Shown here: positions 12,318 to 23,149 of the stretch, in pieces
How the letters are laid out: every line of letters starts with the position of its first letter
How positions within the stretch are numbered: the stretch's first letter is position 1
Notes under the pieces: model-generated
Told to the model about the DNA's origin: nothing
The model's input: only the letters and a program-made list of their open reading frames with translations
The model's database searches: none
DNA from: Scyliorhinus canicula
Lineage: Eukaryota
Assembly (NCBI RefSeq): GCF_902713615.1
Contig: NC_052175.1
Location: forward strand, 9,651,271-9,715,270
Direction of reading: 5' to 3'
Length of the DNA stretch: 64,000 nt
Position numbers and translations under genes: made by a program

Positions 12318-12764
12318 TCGGGGGAAGGTAGCGGGAGGGGGGGGGGGGGGCTACAGGTTCGTTACGGGGGTTCGATGGCTAGCTAAGGCCCAAAACCAAG
12401 CTAAATAAACATGTTGAGGGGGGGGGGGGCGCAGTTACTACTACGAAGATGCTTACCTGTAAATATGTATGTTAATTTTTGCGTGTTTGTTTTTGTTTGT
12501 TTTTTTTTGTTGTTTCTCTCTCCTAACAATTTGTAATTTGTTCAATATAAAATACGAAAACTGAATAAAAACATTTATAAAAAAAAAAAATAATGGGGCA
12601 GATAATGGGGGCAGATAATGGGGGAAAATAATGGGGCAGATAATGGGGGAAGATAATGGGGCAGATAATGGCTGGACAGTTAATGGGGCATATGAAGGGA
12701 CAGGAAGAAAATTTGGGGCAGTTGAAATATAAAATTGGGGGGATATGCAATTGGGGCTGGGATG

Positions 12765-13060
12765 TTTAGCACAGCGGTTAGCACAGTTGCTTGTCAGCTC
12801 CAGGTTCGATTCCCGGCTTGGGTCACTGTCCGTGCAGAGTCTGCACGTTCTCCCCGTGTCTGTGTTGGTTTCCTCCGATTTCTTCCCACGGTCCAAAGAT
12901 GTGCATTGGCCATGATCAATTTACCTTAGTGTCCAAAAAGGTTAATTACTGGGTTACGGGGATCGGCTGGAAGTGTGGGCTGATATGGAGTGATCTTTCC
13001 CAGGGTCAGTGCAGACCGCATGGCTTCCTTCTGCTTTGTAATTTCAATGATTCTATGAGC
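12765..13060 (+). mobile_element. tRNA-derived V-SINE
   Basis: GGTTAGCACAGTTGC..GGTTCGATTCCCGGCTTGGGTCACTGT and core TTCTCCCCGTGTCT. Confidence 0.8.
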
Positions 13061-13079
13061 CTGCGGGGGTGCGGTTTGC

Positions 13080-14000
13080 AGAGAGAGAAAGAAAGAAAAA
13101 GATAGATATATTGTTTATAGTGAGAGAGGTGGAGTTAGGAAAGACAGAGAGAGGGGTTAGATAGGCAGAGAGAAACGGTGGTTAGATAGACAGAGCGAGA
13201 GAGGTTAAAAACTCAGAGACAAAGGGTCGACAGACAGAGGTTAGAACGAGACAGAGAGAGAGAGAGGGATTTGTTAGAAACACAGAGAGATGGAAATTAG
13301 AAAGACAGAGAGAGAGAGAGAGAAAGGTTGGGGTTGGAAATACAAAGAGGGATAGAGGGTGAGAGAAAGAGCGAGAAAGACAGAGAGAGAGGGAGACATC
13401 AGAAGGACAAAGAGAGAGAGAAAGGTCAATGAGACAGAGAGAGCGAGATTGGTTAGAAAGCCAGAGAGAGAGCGCGAGAGATGTTAGAAAGACAGCGAGA
13501 GGCGGGAAAAGCAGAGAGAAGTTAGAAAGAATATAAAGAGTTGGAAAGAATTTAAAGAGAGTTAGAGAGAATTTAGAGTGAGAGAGGATTCAAAGAGAGT
13601 GAGAGAAAATTTAAAGAGAGTGGAAGAGTATTTAAAGAGAGTTGAAGAGAACTTCAAGAGAGTTAAAGAATTTAAAGTGAGTTAGAGAGAATTCCAAGAG
13701 GGTTAGGGAGAATTCTAGAGAGAATTTAATGAGAGTGAGAGATAATTTAAAGAGAGTTGGAGAGAAGTTAAAGAGAGTTAGAGAGAATTTAAAGAGGGAG
13801 AATTTCAAGAGGGTTAGAGAGAATTGAAAGAGAGGTAGAGAGAATTTAGAGGTTGGGAGAGATATGGAAGAGAGTTAGAGATAATTTAGAGAGTGAGAGA
13901 ATATAAAGAGAGTTAAAAAAAAGAATTTAAAGAGCGTTGGAGAGAACTGAAAGAGAGTTAGAGTGAATTGAAAGAGAATTAGAGAGGATTTAAAGAGACT
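13080..14000. repeat. GA-rich microsatellite grading into a ~21-bp GAGAGTTAGAGAGAATTTAAA minisatellite
   Basis: Directly visible. Confidence 0.85.
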
Positions 14001-14399
14001 GATCGAGAATTGCCGGCTCCCCGATTGCTCAGGCAGCTATGGGTCTTCAAGCGGAGTCTCTGGTTAGTTGGCGAATCTGGCAGACAGCAGCGGAGTCTCT
14101 AATTCGCTGAAAGGCTGTCGATATGCAGGTAGATCCTCTGACTAGCCGCGGCAGCTGTCAACTGTAAAACTGAAATCGGAGTATCTGATTGGTTGCAGCA
14201 GCTGTCACTCCAAAAGCGGAGTCTCTGTTTGGTAGAACGTTCCGTCAGTCAGTGCCCTGTTTGGCTCAACCACTGTGAGTCAGAGGTACGTGGTCCTGAT
14301 TGGCTTTCCGGTGGTACAAGGCAGTATCAGCATCCTTTGATTGGCTGAGGTGACTTTCAATCTGCTGATGGAGCTGTTGATTGGCTGAGGGGCTGTCAG

Positions 14400-15301
14400 T
14401 CAGTTTATTCTATTTATTAATTCAATAAATGATATAACCGGATACTTCACAGCGATCTCGAACTGCTCCCTGAACCTGGACTGAGTTATCACATAAATAA
14501 ATGTGTTTGTGCAGCAATGCAAATCCACCAGCATCACTCCGACTTGTTGTAAAATATATTGAGAATCAGTGAGGTCAATTATTCCTCCCAAATCAATATA
14601 GAAAACGTTAATAACAAACACTGTCCAGAGGAGAATGAAGGTTCCGGAGACGCTGAAGAGTAAAATCATTGACCTCCTTCTGCTCTCTATCTCTGGGTCT
14701 TTGCGATTGTCTCCCTGACTCTGTACCCTCAGTGTCTTCCGGACTCGACTGGTGAGTAAAATGTGTCTGACTGTCAGAGCGTTGATCAACAGGACTAAAC
14801 CGAAAGGGATCAATGGGACTGAAACCTGAGCTAACGTTATAAATGAAACCCACATGGGGTCGGTGTAAAAGCTGCTCTTTGGCTGACAACCCCACTGGAC
14901 ATTGTCGATTATCTCAATAGGTTCGTATAGAAAATACCAGGGGATGTTTTTTATACAGGATAGGAGGCCGCTTGTTGACAGAACCACAGCCGAAGTTTTC
15001 CCGTTGCAATATTTAGTTTTCAGTTTCTGGCAGCGAATGGCCACAAATCGATCAAACGAGAAAGTGAGAGTGAACCAGACAGAACACTCCAAAGCTGCAG
15101 AGATTAGGACATCTTCAACACTACACACGGGGGTGAGGTCCAGGAAATTCCTGGAGAAATAATAAATATTCATCCTTGAAAGAATAGATGCAGTGATAAT
15201 ATACAGCAGATCCGCCACCGCCATGGCCACCAGGTAGCGAGTGGTGCAGGTGGAGAGGCCACACTTCCCCCGGCACAGGATCACAATTCCCAGTAAGTTA
15301 A
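14400..15301 (-). CDS. Exon 2 of a class A orphan GPCR (GPR139/GPR142-like clade)
   Basis: TM1(end)-TM7 with VNLLGIVIL, RYLVAMAVADL, FDRF (DRY-like) and CCTNTFIY (NPxxY-like). The acceptor is ttctctctctgacAG|TT at 15302/15301 and the stop ends at 14400. The first 28 residues of the track ORF are intronic. Confidence 0.9.
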
Positions 15302-15664
15302 CTGTCAGAGAGAGAAGGGAGAAGAGCCTGGAAATTACAGGTTCAATATTGTACGTGTCTGAACTGGCACAGAAGTTTAGCATCAATAAAATTGTCAGTG
15401 GGATGAGGGGAGCGTTGCGAAATTAGTTGACACAGAGATTAACATTACAAAGATGGAAGGAACAAAAGTAACATAACTGCTTAAGATGGTGGAAGGGAGA
15501 AAAGTGTGAATAGACCCCGACAGTTTGATGGCATTGGTCGGAAAGATGCTGAGTTAAATTACCGCAACAGGGAGGTCATGCTTGTGGGCAGAGTGAAAGT
15601 GTTTCCTAAAAAGGTCACCCATTCTGCGTTTAGGTTCCGCGGTGCAGAGGAGACTGCCGGGAGC

Positions 15665-18600
15665 ATAGGACATAGAACATAGAACACTACAGCGCAGTAC
15701 GGGCCCTTCGGCTCTCGATGTTGCGCCGACCTGTGAAACCATGTGAAGCCTGTCTGACCTACACTATTCCATTTTCATCCATATGTCTATCCAGTGACCA
15801 CTTAAATGTCCTTAAAGTTGGCGAGTCTACTACTGTTGCAGGCAGGGCGTTCCACACCCCTACTACTCTCTGAATAAAGAAACTGCCTCTGTCATCTGTC
15901 CTATATCTATCACCCCTCAATTTAAAGCTATGTCCCCTCGTGTTGGTCATCACCATCCGAGGAAAAAGACTCTCACTGTCCACCCTATCTAACCCTCTGA
16001 CTATCTTATATGTCTCTATTAAGTCACCTTTCCTCGTAAGACCTTCCCTCCATAACAGGCAACATCCTAGTAAATCTCCTCTGAACCCTTTCCAAAGCTT
16101 CCACATCCTTCCTATAATGTGGTGACCAGAACTGCACGCAGTACTCCAGGTGCGGCCGCACCAGAGTTATGTACAGCTGCAGCATGACCCTGTGGTTCCG
16201 AAACTCAATCCCCCTGCTGATAAAGGCTAGCACACCATATGCCTTCTTAACAGCCCAATTAACCTGGGTGGCAACTTTCAGGGATTTATGTACCTGGATG
16301 CCGAGATTTCTCTGTTCATCTACACAGCCAAGAATCTTGCCATTAGCCCAGTACTCTGCATTCCTGTTACTACTTCCAAAGTGAACCACCTCACACTTTT
16401 CCGCATTAAACTCCATCTGCCACCTCTCAGCCCAGCTCTGCTGCTTATCTATGTCCCTCTGTATCCTATAACATCCTTCAGCACTATCCACAACTCCACC
16501 GACCTTCGTGCCATCTGCAAATTTACTAACCCATCCTTCTACACCCTTTTCCAGGTCATTTATAAAAATGACAAACAGCAGTGGCCCCAAAACAGATCCT
16601 TGCGGTACACCACTAGTAACTGAACTCCAGGATGAACATTTGCCATCAACCACCACCCTCTGTCTTCTTTCAGCTAGCCAATTACTGATCCAAACCGCTA
16701 AATCACCTTCAATCCCATACTTCCTTATTTTCTGCAATAGCCTACCGTGGGGAACCTTATCAAACGCCTTACTGAAATCCAAATACACCACATCAACCGC
16801 TTTACCCTGATCCACCTGTTTGGTCACCTTCTCAAAAAACTCAATAAGGTTTGTGAGGCATGACCTACCCTTCACAAAACCGTGTTGACTATCGCTAATC
16901 AACTTGTTATTTTCAAGATGATTGTGAACCGTATCTCTTATAAACTTTTCCAACATTTTACCCACAACCGAAGTAAGGCTCTCATGTCTATAATTACCAG
17001 GGTTGTCTCTACTCCCCTTCTTGAACAAGGGGACAACATTTGCTATCCTCCAGTCTTCCGGCACTATTCCTGTCGACAAAGAAGACATAAAGACCAAGGA
17101 CAAAGGCTCTGCAATCTCCTCCCTGGCTTCCCAGAGAATCCTAGGATAAATCCCATCTGGCCCAGGGGACTTATCTATTTTGACATTTTCCAAAATTGCT
17201 AACACCTCCTCCTTTTGAACCTCCAATCCATCTCGCCTGGTCGACTGAACCTGAGTATTCTCCTCGACAACATTGTCTTTCACCAGTGTAAACACTGACG
17301 AAAAATATCCATTTAACGCTTCCCCTATCTCCTCTGATTCCACACACAACTTTCCACAACAAGCCTTGATTGGCCCTAATCTTACTCCAGAAATTCTTTT
17401 GTTCCTGATATACCTATAGAAAGCCTTAGGGTTTTCCATAATCCTATCCGCCAACAACTTTTCGTGTCCTCTCCTCGCTCTTCTTAACTCTCCCTTTAGG
17501 TCCTTCCTGGCTAACTTGTAATTCTCAAGTGCCCTAACTGAGCCTTCATGTCTCATCCTAACATAAGCCTTCTTCTTCCTCTTGACAAGTGCTTCAACTT
17601 CCTTAGTAAACCACGGTTCCCTTGCTCGACAACTTCCTCCCTGCCTGACAGGTACATACTTATCAAGGACACGCAGTAGCTGTTCCTTGAAAAAGCTCCA
17701 CATTTCGATTGTACCCATCCCCTGCAGTTTCCTTCCCCATCCTATACATCCTAAATCTTGCCGAATAGCATCATAATTGCCTTTCTCCCAGCTATAATTC
17801 TTGCCTTGCGGTATATACCTATCCCTGGCCATTGCTAAAGTAAACATAACCGAGTTGTGATCACCATCACCAAAGTGCTCACCTACATCTAAATCTAACA
17901 CCTGGCCGGGTTCATTACCCAGTACCAAATCCAATGTGGCCTCGCCCCTTGTTGGCCTGTCCACATACTTTGTCAGAAAACCCTCCTGCACACACTGTAC
18001 AAAAACTGACCCATCTATAGTACTCGAACTATAGTATTTCCAGTCAATATTTGGAATGTTAAAGTCCCCCATAACAACTACCCTGTTACTCTCGCTCCTG
18101 TCGAGAATCATCTTTGCAATCCTTTCCTCTACATCTCTGGAACTATTCTGAGGTCTATAGACAACTCCCAACATGGTGACCTCTCCTCTCCTGTTCCTAA
18201 CCTCGGCCCATACTACCTCAGTAGACGAGTCCTCAAACGTCCTTTCTACTGCCGTAATACTTTCCTTGATTAACAATGCCACCCCCCCCCCCCCCACTCT
18301 TTTACCATCTTCTCTGTTCTTACAGAAACATCTAAATCCTGGAACCTGCAACAACCATTCCTGTCCCTGCTCTACCCATGTCTCCGAAATCGCCACAACA
18401 TCGAGATCCCAGGTACCAACCCATGCTGCAAGCTCACCCACCTCATTCCGGATGCTCCTGGCGTTGAAGTAGACACACTTCAAACCAGCGTGTTGCTTGC
18501 CGGTGCCCTCTTTCGAACTTTTAACCCTATCCCTGACCTCACTGCTCTCAACGTCCTGTACACTGGGACTACACTTTAGGTTCCCATCCCCCTGCTGAAT

Positions 18601-19427
18601 TAGTTTAACACCACCCCCCCCCCCCCCCGAAGAGCACTAGCAAATCTCCCCCCCCCCCCCCCCAGGATATTGGTACCCCTCTGGTTCAGGTGAAGACCAT
18701 CCTGTTTGTAGAGGTCCCATCTGCCCCAGAATGAGCTCCAATTATTCAGGAAACCAAAACCCTCCCTCCTGCACCATCCCTGTAGCCACGTGTTCAACTC
18801 CTCTCTCTTCTTATTTCTCACTTCGCTAGCACGTGGCACGGGTAACAACCCAGAGATAACAACTCTGTTTGTTCTAGTTCTCAGCTTCCACACTAGCTCC
18901 CTGAATTTCTGTCTCAAATCCCCATCTCTCTTCCTACCTACGTCGTTGGTACCTATGTGGACCACGACTTGGGGCTGCTCCCCCTCCCCCTTAAGGATCC
19001 CAAAAACATGATCAGAGACATCACGAACCCTGGCACCTGGGAGGCAACACACCAACCGTGAGTCTCTTTCGTTCCCACAGAACCTCCTGTCTGTTCCTCT
19101 AACTAAGGAGTCCCCAATGACAAGTGATCTGTTCCTCTTCTCCCTTCCCTTCTGAGCAACAGGGACAGACTCTGTGCCGGAGACCTGTGCCCTATTGCTT
19201 ACCCCTGGTAAGTCGTCCCCCGCAACAGTATCCAAAACGGTATACTTGTTTGAGAGGGGAACGACCACACGGGATCCCTGCACTGCCTGCCGGTTCCCTC
19301 TCACTCCCCTGACGGTAACCCATCTACCTTCTTCTTTTACCTGAGGTGTGACAACCTCCCTATAACTCCTCTCAATAACCTCCTCCGCCTCCCGAATGAT
19401 CCGAAGTTCATCCAGCTCCAGCTCCAG
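15665..19427 (-). mobile_element. CR1-clade LINE, near full length (5'-truncated ORF1 with SGNH/GDSL esterase domain; ORF2 APE-RT), inside the GPCR intron
   Basis: ORF1 18600-19304 has VIGDSLVRG, HIGTND and QDGLHLN. ORF2 16024-18483 has AISETW, MGDFN, SGVPQGSVLGP and FADG. There is a deletion/frameshift near 16030 and a (CATAGAA)n tail at about 15665-15690. Confidence 0.92.
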
Positions 19428-21192
19428 ATCAGTTGGAAGAGAAAGGAGCGTTTGTGTAATGGAGTTGAGAATGCTGTCAACGAACGAGCGTTAACAGAAT
19501 AATGCAAAACATGTGTGCTTAGTTGGAGAGAGGCGAAGCTTTGTTCGGAGATGGTATTTGCCGAAATGGTGGAGGATGATCCTTTGAAAGCGAAAGCCGA
19601 TCTTGTGGAATGTTCGGACAAGTGGACATTATTGTGTTTCCGGGAGGGAGGAGGATGAGTGATGGCAGAGGTGTGGGAAATGAATTGAACAAATTTGAGA
19701 ATCCTGTAAACCAAAGGAAATGTGGCAACCCCGCTTAAGGAAAAGGGAGAGGTGACAGAATTGACCATTTTCCAAGGTTGTATCACCAGAACAGAGGCGA
19801 TGGAGGAGGAGAAGCTAGGAGCCTCTTTGAGGAAATGTTGAGCAACAAGACAATAATGGTACCACCCTTGTGAGCAGCATAGGTCACCAGGTCAGGGGTG
19901 GATATTAGAGAGCAGATTGGAGCATTTTCAGAGGGAGATTGGAGAGGGTGGCTGAGAGGGGAGAGAGATTGAGATGGCCGATATCACACTGACTGATTTC
20001 AATGACAAAAATCAAGATCAGATAGGAAGCCAGAGGGTGGGGTCCTGGTAGAGGGAGATTACTGGAGGTGGATAGATTTGAACAACATATCCTGACAACA
20101 TTTCTCAGTGAGAGACAGCAGAGACAATATTATCTATTCACCAATCATCATCAGAATATTACCGAAGAATTGAAAGGCAACAGTCTATTTCTGTTATATT
20201 TGAATATAGAACAGAAAATAAAACAATTCCAGCAAATAATCTCCCAATAACAACGTGAATGATAAGAAAAATGAATTACCAATGCTGAGGTCGAAAACAA
20301 TCCAGTAACACAGAGTATAACAAATAGTCATATATGTTCCAAAATTAACATAATTCCTGACAGACATGATTGAAATATTTCAATAAATATCGGACATTAA
20401 AGATTTGTCTGGTATGATATATGTTAAACAACTTGATTTTCTAATGTCGTTTAGTAAGACCTGGCATAACAGCCTGATGAGTAATGTCAGAGCCAGTGAG
20501 GTTTGGGGGCACAGCAGCAGAATGGACAGCAAGCTGAAAAGGAATTATAGAGAGGTGGTAAAGGGATTTAGTCTGATTGGCGGAAGATGAGAGGTGGTGT
20601 TCCACAAGAATCAGCACTGGGAACATTCTGCTTCACCATTTACATATGGCATCGCGAAGCAGAATGATAATTACAGAATTTACAGACAAAACCAAATTGA
20701 GAATTCGTGATGACGTGCAGAAAACACAACCGAATACAAGCACACATCCATCATCAATTATAAACTTGGAAAGTGGATATTTCAATGCGAAATTAATTTC
20801 CGAACAGCTCAGTGTCCGCTGTTGCATTTTAATGCAAACAATAAGATCGCAATCACTCCTTGAAAAAGAAGTTGCTGAATGTTCTGGAGAGGTTTCTGGG
20901 TCCAGGTGAACAGATTGACAAATCGTTTGAAACAGCCACAGAGTTTCAAACACCAATACATACTGAAGAAACATTGGGGTCTACTTCAGGATTAATAGAA
21001 ATATATACCAAAAACTGTGAGAATAATGGACTATTGAGGATTTTATTAAACACCACAGTGGAGATGATGCCTTTTTCTGTTTGAGCAGTTCAACAGAAAA
21101 CAGAGATATCGAGATAATTCACTTTAGACAATAAATATTAAACATAATCAAAACACAGCCGAAAATTTCCTGTTTTCAGTCAATTACAAAGT

Positions 21193-21233
<41 letters not shown>

Positions 21234-21269
21234 GACAGAGAGAGATCGAGAGATCGAGAGCGAGAGAGA

Positions 21270-21950
21270 GAGAACATAAGAACATAAGAACATAAGAACT
21301 AGGAACAGTAGACCATCTGGCCCCTCGAGCCTGCTCCGCCATTCAGTGAGATCATGGGTGATCTTTTGTGGACTCAGCTCCACTTTGCGCCCTGAACACC
21401 ATAACACTTAATCCCTTTATTCTTCAAAAAACTATCTATCTTTACCTTAAAAACATTTAATGAAGGAGCCTCAACTGCTTCACTGGGCAAGGAATTCCAT
21501 AGATTCACAACCCTTTGGGCGAAGAAGTTTCTCCTAAACTCAGTCCTAAATCTACTTCCCCTTATTTTGAGGCTATGTCCCCTCGTTCTGCCTTCACCCG
21601 CCAGTGGAAACAACCTGCCTCCATCTATCCTATCTATTCCCTTCATAATTTTAAATGTTTCTATAAGATTCCCCCCTCATCCTTCTAAATTCCAACGAGT
21701 ACAGTCCCAGTCTGCTCAACCTCTCCTCATAATCCAACCCCTTCAGCTCTGGAATTAACCGAGTGAATCTCCTCTGCGCACCCCCCAGTGCCAGTATGAA
21801 GGACAAAAAACCATTTGCCTTCTTAAACGCCTGTTGCACCTGTAAACCAACTTTCTGTGGCTCATGCACGAGCCCACCCATAGAGAGGCAGAGACAGAGA
21901 GAGAGATGACGAGACAGAGAGACCGACAGAGAGGGAACTTCCCTAGAGCG
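21270..21950 (-). mobile_element. CR1/L2-type LINE 3' fragment with (AACATAAG)n tail
   Basis: ORF 21374-21646 has RTRGHSLKIRG..NFFAQRVVNLWNSLP. The duplicate is at about 34563-35243. Confidence 0.8.
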
Positions 21951-22437
21951 ACTACTCACCAGTAAAATACTTTATTTCAAAATAGAACAATTTATATCAG
22001 TCCAGTTCCTGACTCACATTCAGTACAAACCTGCACTAAGAGATACTTTCCGTAATGCTTGCTCACTGCTGTCAGATATTCCACTATGGTTACTGCCCCA
22101 CACTCGGTGTGATTTTATTCTCACTCCCACTTAACATTTCTTCTGAGAGATTGCCTTCACTGAGATCCAATCTACCAGTATACAAGATTCCACTAATAGA
22201 ATGACTTCATTAATCAGAGATGCCATGATTTCCAAACGAGGTTTATTGCCAGTTGGTGAAAGGGATTCAAACCATAGACATGTTTAAAGCCATTTGACTT
22301 CTCTGAATTACGTTGTTGATCAGGTTTATGTATAACAGTGAGAACGAGATCAGCATTAAACATTTTCAATCACAGTTTAAAATCAGAGAGCCGCTCACAC
22401 TCAGATTTACATAACTTCAATTGTGATAGTCACTTAC

Positions 22438-22504
22438 CGGGAACACCAACAATAGCAAGGATCGGGTAGAATATTTTCCCGACCATGTAAATTGGAAGCA
22501 GCAT
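22438..22504 (-). CDS. Exon 1 of the GPCR (MLLPIYMVGKIFYPILAIVGVP, phase-1 donor)
   Basis: ATG at 22504, exon ends CCC G|GTAAGTG. Joining G to TT at 15301 restores VP-V-NLLGIVIL (complete TM1), giving a 322-aa receptor. Confidence 0.85.
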
Positions 22505-22802
22505 TTTAGTGTAAAGTGATGTGTCACTTCGTGCTGCTGGCAGTCTCTCTGTCTTATACTCCGAGTTTCCATATTCCCCTAATCTTTTATTTATACCCAG
22601 AGGAAGCACCTGAGCGATATTGAGATTGCAACATCAGTGAAACTTACTTTTCAAAGATTAAAACAAACAGATTACGACATTAGGTTCATTTTTTTAAATG
22701 AGTGAGTTCACATTTTCCTTCACTGCACTATATTGATCACATTGTTCACCTAACAATAACACAAAGGATGTTGTCCACTGAAAGACCATCAGGCCCACGT
22801 GA

Positions 22803-23146
22803 AGCACGGTAGCATTGTGGATAGCACAATTGCTTCACAGCTCCAGAGTCACAGGTTCGATTCCGGCTTGGGTCACTGTCTGTGCAGAGTCTGCACATCC
22901 TCCCCGTGTGTGCGTCGGTTTCCACCGGGTGCTCCGGTTTCCTCCCACAGTCCAATTATGTGCAAGTTAGGTGGATTGGACATGATAAATTGCCCTTAGT
23001 GTCCAAAAATTGCCCTTAGTGTTGGGTGGGGTTACTGGGTTATGGGGATAGGGTGGAGGTGTTAACTTGGGTAGGGTGCTCTTTCCAGGAGCCGGTGGAG
23101 ACTCGATGGGCCGAATGGCCTCCTTGTGCACTGTAAATTCTATGAT
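22803..23146 (+). mobile_element. tRNA-derived V-SINE (HE1-like)
   Basis: GCACGGTAGCATTGTGGATAGC head, V core and tail GATGGGCCGAATGGCCTCC..CTGTAAATTCTATGAT. The duplicate is at about 36084-36427. Confidence 0.85.
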
Positions 23147-23149
23147 TTC

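Larger units (their letters stand above)
5337..12590 (+). mobile_element. Full-length L1-clade non-LTR retrotransposon (about 7.25 kb) with poly(A) tail and 93-bp TSD
   Basis: GC-rich tandem-repeat 5' UTR, ORF1, ORF2 (APE-RT-CCHC), AATAAA and poly(A) ending at 12590. The flanks 5244-5336 and 12591-12683 are identical. Confidence 0.95.

Noticed and set aside
15302-15386. N-terminal 28 residues of the GPCR ORF (MMLNFCASSD...) as the true start
   Set aside because: They overlap a strong polypyrimidine/AG acceptor, and the upstream exon at 22438-22504 supplies a proper TM1.
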